In this document: positions 8,721 to 17,726 of the stretch, one piece after another
How positions within the stretch are numbered: position 1 is the first letter of the stretch
How the letters are laid out: the number at the start of each line of letters is the position of its first letter
NCBI GenBank assembly: GCA_031409335.1
Contig: JANNWY010000150.1
Span: 1-19,632, forward strand
From: Chthoniobacteraceae bacterium
Lineage (GTDB): Bacteria > Verrucomicrobiota > Verrucomicrobiia > Chthoniobacterales > Chthoniobacteraceae
DNA: 19,632 bases
Direction of reading: 5' to 3'
Translations under genes and position numbers: made by a program
Notes under the pieces: model-generated
Told to the model about the DNA's origin: nothing
The model's input: only the letters and a program-made list of their open reading frames with translations
Databases searched by the model: none

Positions 8721-10076
8721 TCACTTTCCGCCGCGCGCGTCCACCGCCGGATCGTAGTCTGGATTCGCCACCGGAGCCTGCGCGCCGACGCTCGCCCGCC
8801 ACGCATCAAGTTGAGTGAGGAGTCGCTTCGCCCTCGCCGACTGCGTCTTGGTGAGATCGTTCTTCTCCACGGGATCGTTGCGCAGATTGTAGAGTTCCAC
8901 GCGGTCGTCTTCGTAGAAATGCACGAGCCGCCAGTCGCCATCGCGCATCGCCGAGTAGGGCGTCGCGCCGCCGGGATGGTAGTGCGGATAGTGCCAGTAG
9001 ATCGGCCGCGGCGGGATCGCATCGCCGCGCAGCAGCGGGCGCAGATCGACTCCGTCGCTCTGCGTATCCGCGCCGCTCGCAGCGGCGATCGTCGTGAACC
9101 AATCCATCGTCACGATCGGGGTCGCATTTTCACTCCCCGGCTTTGCCACCCCCGGCCAAACCACGATCGCCGGCACGCGCACGCCGCCTTCGTACACCGA
9201 GCCCTTGCCCGCGCGCATTCCGAGATTCGCGGTGACTGGCAGCAGCCCGCCGTTGTCGCTGGTGAAAATGATGACGGTGCGATCCGCGATTTTCAGCTCA
9301 TCGAGTTTCGCGCGCAGCGCGCCGATGCTGTCATCGACGGCGGCCACCATCGCCGCGTACTTCGCGTTCTTCTGCGGCGCGTCCGGTTCAGCTTTCGCCT
9401 CAAAGCGCGCGATCACTTCCGGCCTGCCACCGAGCGGGGTGTGGACCGCGAAGTGCGGCAGATACACAAACCACGGACGCTCCCGGTTTTTCTCGATGAA
9501 GCCCGCGGCCTCGCGCGCCAGCCGCCCGCTTAAATCTTCACCGTCCGGGCCGTCCGCGAGATTTGGGTTTTTGTAAGGCGACAAATAGGTCGCTGGCTGC
9601 CCGCGTCCATTGTCCGCCACGCTCAAATCGAAACCGTGCGCCGTCGCCACATTGTCCTTGCCCAAGTGCCACTTCCCGAAGTGCGCCGTCGCGTAACTCT
9701 TTTCGCGAAGCACTTCGGCGATCGTCATCTCGCCCGCCTTCAGCTCCTGAGTCGACGCCGGGATGCGCAGCTTCGCCTTCGGGAATTCGTGCCCCGCGAT
9801 CCAATCCGTGAGATGCAGCCGCGCCGGATATTTTCCCGTGAGCAGCGCCGCGCGTGTCGGCGAGCAAACCGTGCAGGCCGAGTAGGCGCTGGTGAACTTC
9901 ACCCCATCCTTCGCCAGCCGGTCGATGTGCGGTGTCTCGTAAAACTTCGATCCATGGCAGCCGAGGTCCGTCATCCCCATGTCGTCGATCAGCACCACGA
10001 GGAAATTTAGCTTCGTCTCCGCACAGGCCGCGGGAGCGAGGATCGCGATCAGCACGAGGCGGAGCAGAAGAGTCAT
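8721..10076 (-). CDS. Sulfatase (S1, formylglycine-dependent), secreted
   Basis: Signal peptide; NFLVVLIDDMG, CSPTRAALLTG (CxPxR), GKWHLG, FTSDNGG, KGSVYEGGVRVP and ELYNL..DP.E motifs. Start ATG 10076. Confidence 0.93.
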   Translation of the reverse strand: MTLLLRLVLIAILAPAACAETKLNFLVVLIDDMGMTDLGCHGSKFYETPHIDRLAKDGVKFTSAYSACTVCSPTRAALLTGKYPARLHLTDWIAGHEFPKAKLRIPASTQELKAGEMTIAEVLREKSYATAHFGKWHLGKDNVATAHGFDLSVADNGRGQPATYLSPYKNPNLADGPDGEDLSGRLAREAAGFIEKNRERPWFVYLPHFAVHTPLGGRPEVIARFEAKAEPDAPQKNAKYAAMVAAVDDSIGALRAKLDELKIADRTVIIFTSDNGGLLPVTANLGMRAGKGSVYEGGVRVPAIVVWPGVAKPGSENATPIVTMDWFTTIAAASGADTQSDGVDLRPLLRGDAIPPRPIYWHYPHYHPGGATPYSAMRDGDWRLVHFYEDDRVELYNLRNDPVEKNDLTKTQSARAKRLLTQLDAWRASVGAQAPVANPDYDPAVDARGGK

Positions 10077-10082
10077 GCGCGG

Positions 10083-10167
10083 ATCGTGGCAGGACTCCGT
10101 GCAAATCGCAAACAACCCACCGGGCCAAATATCAGGATTGCTCCTTCCCAAAAAAACCGCGCACTCT
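10083..10167. promoter_or_regulatory. Divergent putative leaderless promoters for the sulfatase and the pseudouridine synthase
   Basis: Minus strand: TTGCGA(10111-10106)-17-CACGAT(10088-10083)-6-ATG. Plus strand: TTGCTC(10138-10143)-18-CACTCT(10162-10167)-6-ATG. Confidence 0.5.
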
Positions 10168-10173
10168 CCGCGT

Positions 10174-10887
10174 ATGCGCCTCAATCGTTTTCTCGCCTCC
10201 GCCGGTCTCGGCTCACGCCGCGGCGTGGAAGAAATCATTCTCACCGGGCGCGTGAAAGTGAATGGCCGCGTCGTCACCGATCTCGCGACAGTGATCGGTC
10301 CCGAGGATTCGGTGAAAGTCGGCAGTCGCGTGGTGAAGACCGAAGAGTCGCTGACCGCCGTGCTCTTCAAGCCGCGCGGCTTCGTCTGCACAGCGAGCGA
10401 TGAACTCGGACGCCACACCATCTTCGAGCTGCTCCCCGCGAACTGGCCGCGCATCTACCACGTGGGTCGGCTCGATCGTGAAAGCGAAGGCCTGCTCCTC
10501 GTCACGAACGACGGCGCGCTTTCGCTTTCGCTCACGCATCCGCGTTTCAAGATCGAAAAGGAATACGAAGTCCGCATCGACAAACCTTTCGTCCCCGAGC
10601 ATCGCGAGAAATTGCTGCGCGGCTTTCGTATCATCGGCGGTCGCGCCAACGCCGAGTCCGTCACAGTCGTCGGTCCGCAGCTTCTCAAGATCGTCCTCCT
10701 ACAGGGGATCAAACGCCAGATCCGGCTGATGCTTTACGAACTCGGCTACGAAATCGTGCAGCTCTGCCGCATCCGCATCGGCCCCTTGAAAGCCGGGAAA
10801 TTGAAGCCCGGCGAATGGCGCTTGCTGACGCCGCGGGAGCTGGCGTCTTTGAAAGGCGGGAAGTCCGCGGACTCCGCCGAAAAGTAG
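10174..10887 (+). CDS. rRNA pseudouridine synthase, RsuA/RluB family with S4 domain
   Basis: MRLNRFLASAGLGSRR S4 domain; KPRG, VGRLDRESEGLLLVTNDG (catalytic Asp), KEYEV, QIR and RIRIG motifs. Most RluB-like. Confidence 0.92.
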   Translation: MRLNRFLASAGLGSRRGVEEIILTGRVKVNGRVVTDLATVIGPEDSVKVGSRVVKTEESLTAVLFKPRGFVCTASDELGRHTIFELLPANWPRIYHVGRLDRESEGLLLVTNDGALSLSLTHPRFKIEKEYEVRIDKPFVPEHREKLLRGFRIIGGRANAESVTVVGPQLLKIVLLQGIKRQIRLMLYELGYEIVQLCRIRIGPLKAGKLKPGEWRLLTPRELASLKGGKSADSAEK

Positions 10888-10971
10888 CGGCGCGCGCCCT
10901 GCCGTCCGGGTGGAAAAGTGGAGACGATGGTGACTTTCCAATGGGACCGGAAAAGCTCAGAGTCGCGGTTT

Positions 10972-11865
10972 ATGAAACGCAAAACTGCCTCTGAATTCGA
11001 CCAGGAAATCCTCGACCTCTATGACGACTACGCGCATGGCCGCGTGACTCGGCGCACGTTTTTCGAGCGCGCGTCCAAGTTTGCCGTCGGCGGCATCACG
11101 GCCTCCGCGATCTTGCAATCGCTCAGTCCGAACTACGCGTTCGCGCAGCAGATCGCGAAGGATGACAAACGCATCGCGGCAGCCTTCGAAGAGTATCCTT
11201 CGCCAAAGGGCGCGGGAAAAATGCGCGGCTATCTCGTGAAGCCCGCGGAGGCCGGCGCGAAGGCTCCCGGCGTGATCGTCGTCCACGAAAATCGCGGGCT
11301 CAATCCATACATCGAAGACGTCGCGCGCCGGATCGCGGTCGAGGGGTTTCTCGCGTTCGCCCCCGATGCGCTCTTTCCGCTCGGCGGCTATCCCGGAAAT
11401 GACGACGAGGGCCGCACCCTGCAAGCGAAGCGCGATGCCGGCGAGATGGTCGAAGACTTCGTCGCCGCCGCGGAATGGCTGCAAAAACATCCTGGCTGCG
11501 ATGGGAAAGTGGGCGTGGTGGGATTTTGCTACGGCGGCGGAATGGCGAACACGCTCGCGGTGCGATTGCCCGATGTCATCAAGGCGGCGGTTCCATTTTA
11601 CGGTCGCCAGCCAGCGGTGGATGACGTGCCGAAAATCAAGGCCGCGCTGCTCCTGCACTACGCGGGCCTCGACCAGCGCGTGAACGAAGGATGGCCTGCG
11701 TACGAGGCTGCCTTGAAACAAGCGGGCATCGCCCACACCGGACACATCTATCCCGGCGTGAACCACGGTTTTCACAACGACACCACGCCGCGCTACGACG
11801 AAGCCGCCGCCAAACTCGCGTGGACCCGCACGATCGATTTTTTCAAGCAGACGCTGCACGCGTAA
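10972..11865 (+). CDS. Dienelactone hydrolase family protein, YghX-like
   Basis: [13 protein letters not shown] leader, [24 protein letters not shown] nucleophile elbow and [12 protein letters not shown]. Confidence 0.9.
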   Translation: MKRKTASEFDQEILDLYDDYAHGRVTRRTFFERASKFAVGGITASAILQSLSPNYAFAQQIAKDDKRIAAAFEEYPSPKGAGKMRGYLVKPAEAGAKAPGVIVVHENRGLNPYIEDVARRIAVEGFLAFAPDALFPLGGYPGNDDEGRTLQAKRDAGEMVEDFVAAAEWLQKHPGCDGKVGVVGFCYGGGMANTLAVRLPDVIKAAVPFYGRQPAVDDVPKIKAALLLHYAGLDQRVNEGWPAYEAALKQAGIAHTGHIYPGVNHGFHNDTTPRYDEAAAKLAWTRTIDFFKQTLHA

Positions 11866-11905
11866 GTCCGATGACTGTTCCGCGATCAAGTTTCGCGTCT
11901 TGAGG

Positions 11906-12820
11906 ATGCCCGCGGATACGCCAGCCAGGCAGCAACTGCGTGGCTTCGCCTTTGGCCTGCTTGGCGTGCTTTGCTTCAGCCTCACGCTGCCCGCCACCCG
12001 CGTCGCGGTCGCCTCGCTCGATCCCTTTTTCGTCGGGCTCGGTCGCGAACTCGTCGCCGCATGCTGCGCCGCGCCACTGCTCTACTTCACGCGCCAGCCG
12101 CGACCGTCCGCTTCCCAGCTCCGCCGGCTCAGTGTCGTCGTGCTCGGATTGGTGATCGGATTTCCCACGCTGAGCGCGTGGGCCATGGCGCGCGTGGATT
12201 CATCGCACGGCGCGGTCGTGCTCGGGCTGCTGCCGCTCGCCACTGCCATCGCCGGTTTTTTCCGCGCGCATGAGCGGCCATCGCGCGGATTTTGGTGCGT
12301 GAGCGCGGTGGGAAGTTTCACCGTCGTCACCTATGCGCTCGCCGCGGGCGATGGCCGCTTTCGGCCAGCCGATTGGGCGCTGCTCGCCGCGGTGGTCTGC
12401 ACCGCTTTCGGCTATGCGGAAGGCGGCAGGCTCGGCCGCGAGATGGGCGGATGGCAGGTGATTTGTTGGGCCGTCGTCCTCGGCCTGCCGCTGCTGGTGC
12501 CAGCCGTCGCATACCTCGTCTGGCAGCACGGTCTCGCGGCCACGCCATCTGCGTGGGCAGGCTTTGCGTATGTGAGTTTGGTCAGCGCGTTTCTCGCGTT
12601 TTTCGCATGGTACCACGGCCTCGCGATTGGCGGCGTGGCGCGCGTCGGCCAGGTCCAATTGCTCCAGCCATTCTTCACGCTCGCCTTCGCCGCCACATTC
12701 CTCGGCGAACACTTCGGCATCGGCGCGATCATCGCCGCCACCATCGTCGCGCTCTCCATCCTGATCGGGCGAAAAATGAAGATCACCCGCGCGCCCTCAC
12801 CAGATGGCCCGCGGGATTGA
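11906..12820 (+). CDS. EamA/DMT-family transporter
   Basis: About 10 hydrophobic helices in two repeats; FSLTLPATR, GYAEGGRL.R..GGWQVI.W and WY.GLA.GG.AR..Q.QL.QP motifs. Start is TTG 11900 or ATG 11906. Confidence 0.9.
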   Translation: MPADTPARQQLRGFAFGLLGVLCFSLTLPATRVAVASLDPFFVGLGRELVAACCAAPLLYFTRQPRPSASQLRRLSVVVLGLVIGFPTLSAWAMARVDSSHGAVVLGLLPLATAIAGFFRAHERPSRGFWCVSAVGSFTVVTYALAAGDGRFRPADWALLAAVVCTAFGYAEGGRLGREMGGWQVICWAVVLGLPLLVPAVAYLVWQHGLAATPSAWAGFAYVSLVSAFLAFFAWYHGLAIGGVARVGQVQLLQPFFTLAFAATFLGEHFGIGAIIAATIVALSILIGRKMKITRAPSPDGPRD

Positions 12821-12821
12821 C

Positions 12822-13178
12822 TCATTTGCAGCCACTCAGAATTTTCCGAAACCCGGCGGCACCTGGCGAGGGAGTGTGACCGGCACGGCTGAGCACGGCG
12901 ACCTGGCGCTCGACGGGATCGCCACGCAGGCGCAGGGCGATGCAATTGGCGGCGGCCTCGCACGTGGCGAATCGCGGGAGGATGGCGATGCCGAGGCCGG
13001 CGGCGGTGAGCACCGTTTCGCGGCGGCCGCGGCTGAACAACGACGCGCCGAGTTCGCTCTCCAGCTTGCGCATTTGCTCACTGAGCGCGGCCTGCGCGAG
13101 GTGCAGATGCGCGGCGGCGCGGGTGAAGTTTCGCTGGCGCGCGGCTTCGAGGAAGTATTCGAGCTGGTAAAGTTCCAT
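12822..13178 (-). pseudogene. LysR-family regulator with an in-frame internal deletion of most of the effector-binding domain (118 aa)
   Basis: Intact HTH (MELYQLEYF..AA...NFTRAA..LHLAQAALSEQMRKLESELG..LF.R......LTAAG) fused directly to the C-terminal LGIAILP...R.V......SPGA..F segment. Confidence 0.85.
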
Positions 13179-13251
13179 CGGAATTTCCAGCGAGTATCGA
13201 CGGAAAGCACTGTTTTACCAGTGCCACGAGCCATGCTTTGATCGGTGGCGC

Positions 13252-14736
13252 ATGAGCACGCCTGTTTCCATTCCCGTTGTCCGCCTTGGAGCCTTGAAAT
13301 CGCTGGAGGAGTTTCACGCCGCTTGTGAATCGCTCGGCATTGCGCTGCCTACGGAGGCGCTCGGCGCCGGGCCTTCCCCGCTCGCGGAGCCTGCCGCGGT
13401 GGTGATCAATGGCAGGCGTCCGGGCAATCGCATCGTGATTCATCCGATGGAAGGCTGGGATGGCACCACCACGGGCGGTGTGAGCGATGAGATGCGGCGG
13501 CGCTGGCGGCGTTTCGGCGAGAGCGGGGCAAAGATGATCTGTGGCGCGGAGGCAATGGCGGTGCGCCCCGATGGCCGCGCAAATCCGAATCAGCTCATCA
13601 TCACGGAGGAAAACAAGGCGGGTATCGCGGAGTTGGCGGGCATTTTGAAAAGCGCCCACGCCGAACGCTACGGCACGGCGGACGATCTCGTGATCGGCTT
13701 TCAACTCACCCACTCGGGCCGCTTTTGCCGTCCGCATGACAAGGCGCGCTGGGAATCGCGCGTGGCTTTCCGCCACCCGATTCTCGATCGCAAATTCCAC
13801 GTCACGAGCGATGATCAGGTGTTCACCGATGGGGAAGTGGAGGCATTGATCGCGGACTTTGTGCGCGCGGCGCGGGTCGCGTGGGAAGTGGGCGCGGACT
13901 TTGTCGATTTGAAGCACTGCCATGGTTATCTGCTGCACGAGTTCCTCGGCGCACACACCCGGCCGGGCAGGTATGGCGGCAGCTTCGAGAATCGCACCCG
14001 CATCCTGCGCGAGATCGTCGCGGGCATTCGCGCGGACGGAAATCCCATCGAGTGCGGTGTGCGGCTGAGCCTTTTCGACAAGGTGCCGCATCGCCCGGAC
14101 GCCGCGCGCGCGCAGCCAGGCAAACTCGGGCCGGGTGTCGCGGAGGATTTCTCGGCGTGCCTGCCGTATCGCTACGGCTTTGGCGTGAATCAGGACAATC
14201 CGACGGAGATCGATCTCACGGAGACCTTCGCGTTTGTGGAGCTATGCGGCGAACTCGGGATCAAGGTGCTGAACACCAGCGCTGGCTCGCCGTACTACAC
14301 GCCGCACTTACAACGGCCCGCGTCGTTCCCGCCGAGTGATGGCTACCAGGCAGCGTACGACCCGCTCATCGATGTCGCGCGGCTCATTCAAACGGTGCGT
14401 CTGGTGAAAGCGCGCGCGCCGCGGGGGCTCTATGTCATCGGTTCGGGCTACACCTATTTGCAGGAGTTCCTCGCCCCCGTCGCCACAGCCGTGGTGCGGC
14501 AGGGTTGGGCGGACGCGATCGGTCTCGGACGCGCCGTGCTCTCGTATCCGGCGATGCTGACCGATGCCATCGCGGGCAAGGCACCGGAGAAGAAGCTCAT
14601 CTGCCGCACCTTCAGCGAATGCACCACCGCGCCGCGCAACGGACTCATCAGCGGCTGCTACCCGCTCGACAAGTTTTACACGCAGCGCCCGGAATTCGCG
14701 CAGCTCAAGGAGATCAAGAAAAAGGCCGGCGCGTGA
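13252..14736 (+). CDS. NADH:flavin oxidoreductase / Old Yellow Enzyme family protein
   Basis: NRIVIHPME, GFQLTHSGR, AA..A...G.D.V, HGYLLHEFL, YGGSFENRTR..REI, and GLGR FMN-binding motifs; divergent from the LysR gene. Confidence 0.88.
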   Translation: MSTPVSIPVVRLGALKSLEEFHAACESLGIALPTEALGAGPSPLAEPAAVVINGRRPGNRIVIHPMEGWDGTTTGGVSDEMRRRWRRFGESGAKMICGAEAMAVRPDGRANPNQLIITEENKAGIAELAGILKSAHAERYGTADDLVIGFQLTHSGRFCRPHDKARWESRVAFRHPILDRKFHVTSDDQVFTDGEVEALIADFVRAARVAWEVGADFVDLKHCHGYLLHEFLGAHTRPGRYGGSFENRTRILREIVAGIRADGNPIECGVRLSLFDKVPHRPDAARAQPGKLGPGVAEDFSACLPYRYGFGVNQDNPTEIDLTETFAFVELCGELGIKVLNTSAGSPYYTPHLQRPASFPPSDGYQAAYDPLIDVARLIQTVRLVKARAPRGLYVIGSGYTYLQEFLAPVATAVVRQGWADAIGLGRAVLSYPAMLTDAIAGKAPEKKLICRTFSECTTAPRNGLISGCYPLDKFYTQRPEFAQLKEIKKKAGA

Positions 14737-14748
14737 CCGGAGCGGCGC

Positions 14749-17325
14749 TCACTTCGCCCAGGTGATGAGCCGCAACTCGTGGTCCTGCGTCACGTTTGGG
14801 TGGGTGGGAATGACGCGCACGTTCAGCCCGTAGCTGCCGCTGTCGGTGGCGGGGATTTCGCCGATGTAGAGATGGTTTCCACCGTCGATTTTCTTTTCCA
14901 GTTTGAACGCGGACATCGCCGGCCGCTCGATTTCGTTGTTCACCGCCTCGCCGAAATACGCCTGCACGGTGACAAACTCGGGATCGACCGGCCCCAGATG
15001 CACGATGGCCTCGACGCGCACTTTTTCACCGACAAAAACGCCCGGCGGTTTGGTGTGAAGCTGCACCTCCTTGATCGAAATCTGCGGCCAGTTTTTGCGG
15101 ATGGAATCCTTCCACTTGGAAAGTTCGACCGCCTTTTTTCCGCCATTCGGCGCGAGGATGCCATGCGCTTCCGCTGCCGGTTCGTAGAGCCGCTCGGCGT
15201 ATTCCTTCACCATGCGATGGGTGTTGAAAACGGGGACGACCGTGCGGATGGATTCGCGCATGAGCTGGATCCACGCGACGGGCAGCTTGCCATCCGGCTT
15301 CGCGTAATAGAGCGGGACGATCTGCGCTTCGAGCAGGTGAAAAAGGCTCGCGACATCCACGGCCTCCTCGAATTTTTCGTCGATCGGCTCGGTCGTTTCG
15401 TCGATCTCGGAACCGATCGCCCAGCCGGATTTTTTGTTCTGCTTGTAAGCCTCGCACCACCAGCCATCGAGCACCGAGAGATTCAGCCCGCCGGATGGCG
15501 GCAGCTTCATGCCGCTGGTGCCACTGGCTTCGAGCGGACGGCGCGGATTATTCAGCCAAAGATCGACGCCCTGATACAGCCGCCGCCCGACGTAGTGATC
15601 GTAGTCTTCGACAAAGACGATGCGGTTTTCAAACTCCGGCATCCGCGTGAATTGATAGACTTTCTGGATGAATTGTTTGCCCGGTTCGTCTTTCGGATGG
15701 GCCTTGCCGGCAAAAATGAACTGCACGGGGCGCTCGGGATTGGTGAGCAGTTTTTGTAGCCGATCCGGGTCCGCGAAGAGCAGCGTCGCACGTTTGTAGG
15801 TCGCAAAACGGCGCGCAAAACCGATCGTCAGCACCTCGGGATTCAGCATCCGCGAGACGTGCCGGATGCTCTCCGGCGTCTCCCCGAGCCGCGTCCGCTG
15901 GCGGCGCACCCGCTCGCGCACAAACTCGATCAGCCGCGACTTCAGCCGCTGATGCGTCGCCCACATCTCATCATCCGGAATATCCAGCACGCCGCGCCAG
16001 AAATCCTCGTTCATCAAATTCTCCTCCCAGTTCGGCAGATACTTGTCGTAGAGGTCGCCGAATTCCGGGGCCATCCACGTCTTGGTGTGAATGCCGTTCG
16101 TGATCGACGTGATCGGCACTTCGTTCTGAGGCACGCCCGCCCACACATCCTTCCACAGCCCCTGCGAGACGCGCCCGTGCAATTCCGAAACGCCATTCGC
16201 ATGGCGGCTCGTGCGCAGGGCGAGGATCGTCATCGAAAACGGCTCGCTCGTGTTGTGCCGGAACTGGCCGAAACTCGCGAACGTCGTCCAGTCGATCCCC
16301 ACCGTGACCGGATAGCTCCCGAAATATTTCCGCATCAGATCGAGCGGGAATGAATCATTCCCCGCGGGCACTGGCGTGTGCGTGGTGAAAATATTTGCCG
16401 ACGCGACGATCTGGAGCGCGGAGTAAAAGTCGAGTTTGTGATCCGCGACCTGGCGGCGGATCAACTCCAGGCTCAGGAAAGCGGAGTGCCCTTCATTCAT
16501 GTGATACACGCTCGGCACGATGCCCATCGCGTGCAGCGCGTGGACGCCGCCGATGCCCAGCACGACCTCCTGCCGCACGCGCAGCTCCGTGTCGCCGCCG
16601 TAGAGCTGCGCCGTGATGCCGCGATCCTCCTCCGAGTTCTCCGGCACATCCGTGTCCAGCATGTAAAGCGTGATCCGCCCGATCGCGAGCGCCCACACTT
16701 TCGCCGAGACCGAGCGCCCGGGCATCTCGACGCCGATCGTCAGCGGAGCACCCTTGCTATCGAGCGCTTCCTTCAGGGGAAGATGCGAAAAATTCTGATT
16801 CAGGCCGATGGATTCCTGCCAGCCCTCCTTGTTGATCTGCTGCCGGAAGTAGCCCTGCTTGTAGAGCAGCGTCACCGCCACGAAATTGATGTCGAGATCG
16901 CTCGCGCTCTTGCAGTGATCGCCCGAAAGAATCCCGAGGCCGCCCGAGTAATTCGGGACCGATTCGTGAAACCCAAACTCGGCGCTGAAATACGCGACCG
17001 GCCCTTTCGCCAGCGGGCTCTTCGTCCGCAGTTTTCCGTAAGTGTCCTTCCGTCCGAGATAGCTCTCGTACCGCTGATGCACATCCTTCATCTCGCGGAT
17101 GAAATCATCGTCCCCCGCGACCTCGTGCAGCCGGGCCTGCTTGCAAAGCTGGAGCATCCGCAGCGGGTTGTGATTGGTATTGTCCCACAGATGCGGATCG
17201 AGATGGCGGAAGAGCGCCCGCGCCTTCGGCTCCCACGTCCACCACAGGTTGAAGACAATGTCCCGCAGTGGCTCCAGCGGGAGTGGCAATCTCGGCACGA
17301 CGTTGAATGTATGAATTGGCTGCAT
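14749..17325 (-). CDS. glgP: Alpha-glucan (glycogen/maltodextrin) phosphorylase
   Basis: AYFSAEFG, YSGGLGILSGDH.KSASD, HMNEGH, FTTHTPVPAG, ITNGIH, GFARRFATYKR, EASGTSGMK (PLP lysine) and LSVLDGWW motifs; 858 aa. Confidence 0.95.
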   Translation of the reverse strand: MQPIHTFNVVPRLPLPLEPLRDIVFNLWWTWEPKARALFRHLDPHLWDNTNHNPLRMLQLCKQARLHEVAGDDDFIREMKDVHQRYESYLGRKDTYGKLRTKSPLAKGPVAYFSAEFGFHESVPNYSGGLGILSGDHCKSASDLDINFVAVTLLYKQGYFRQQINKEGWQESIGLNQNFSHLPLKEALDSKGAPLTIGVEMPGRSVSAKVWALAIGRITLYMLDTDVPENSEEDRGITAQLYGGDTELRVRQEVVLGIGGVHALHAMGIVPSVYHMNEGHSAFLSLELIRRQVADHKLDFYSALQIVASANIFTTHTPVPAGNDSFPLDLMRKYFGSYPVTVGIDWTTFASFGQFRHNTSEPFSMTILALRTSRHANGVSELHGRVSQGLWKDVWAGVPQNEVPITSITNGIHTKTWMAPEFGDLYDKYLPNWEENLMNEDFWRGVLDIPDDEMWATHQRLKSRLIEFVRERVRRQRTRLGETPESIRHVSRMLNPEVLTIGFARRFATYKRATLLFADPDRLQKLLTNPERPVQFIFAGKAHPKDEPGKQFIQKVYQFTRMPEFENRIVFVEDYDHYVGRRLYQGVDLWLNNPRRPLEASGTSGMKLPPSGGLNLSVLDGWWCEAYKQNKKSGWAIGSEIDETTEPIDEKFEEAVDVASLFHLLEAQIVPLYYAKPDGKLPVAWIQLMRESIRTVVPVFNTHRMVKEYAERLYEPAAEAHGILAPNGGKKAVELSKWKDSIRKNWPQISIKEVQLHTKPPGVFVGEKVRVEAIVHLGPVDPEFVTVQAYFGEAVNNEIERPAMSAFKLEKKIDGGNHLYIGEIPATDSGSYGLNVRVIPTHPNVTQDHELRLITWAK

Positions 17326-17488
17326 GTTTCCCTTTTTGTAATTTTGTTTCCCTGCGCCCGTAGCGGAATCGGTGCCGCGGGCGATTTCGCGCGGAGGCTA
17401 ACGGGCGAAAAGTCCGAGACAAGAAAAACTGCGGGTGAAGATTTTTGCCGAGCGTGACTGAAAGTGGAGCCGCTGGCAGTGGCTCGTC

Positions 17489-17561
17489 ATCGTCCTCGTC
17501 CTCCTACTCGTCCTCGAAAAAAAGCGGCCCTTTCGTGGACGAGTAGGAGGACGAGGACGAT
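17489..17561. repeat. Long palindrome built from TCGTCC-like hexamers
   Basis: Perfect 25-bp inverted repeat 17489-17513 / 17537-17561, then one T-T mismatch, then CGAAA/TTTCG, with an 11-nt loop. Confidence 0.9.
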
Positions 17562-17726
17562 TTCCGCGCCGCCAAAGCACTTACCATCCCATTGCACCTC
17601 GATGCGCCGGCACCGGCGCGCAGCAAGGGGAATGGACGCTCTACAAATTCAACACCGACTTTTACGAGACATCGGCGGTCTCTAGCCGCCACAGTGTTTT
17701 GGTTGCGATTGAGTTCCAGCGACTTT

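Noticed and set aside
1124..17457. Long Arg/Ala/Pro-rich alternative-frame and antisense ORFs (e.g. 1124-2806, 4313-5503, 5979-7496, 14779-15759, 16378-17457)
   Set aside because: They overlap well-supported genes, carry no motifs and are expected shadow ORFs in high-GC DNA.
17484..17561. CRISPR array or Rho-independent terminator
   Set aside because: There is only one inverted pair with no repeat-spacer periodicity and no cas genes. The U-tract is short and no gene ends immediately upstream.
17575..17700. Protein-like fragment (...QQGEWTLYKFNTDFYET...) and small GGCGG/CCGCC hairpin (17674-17690)
   Set aside because: No start codon or recognisable family for the fragment, and a 5-bp GC stem is likely by chance. 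It may be a gene relic but cannot be supported.
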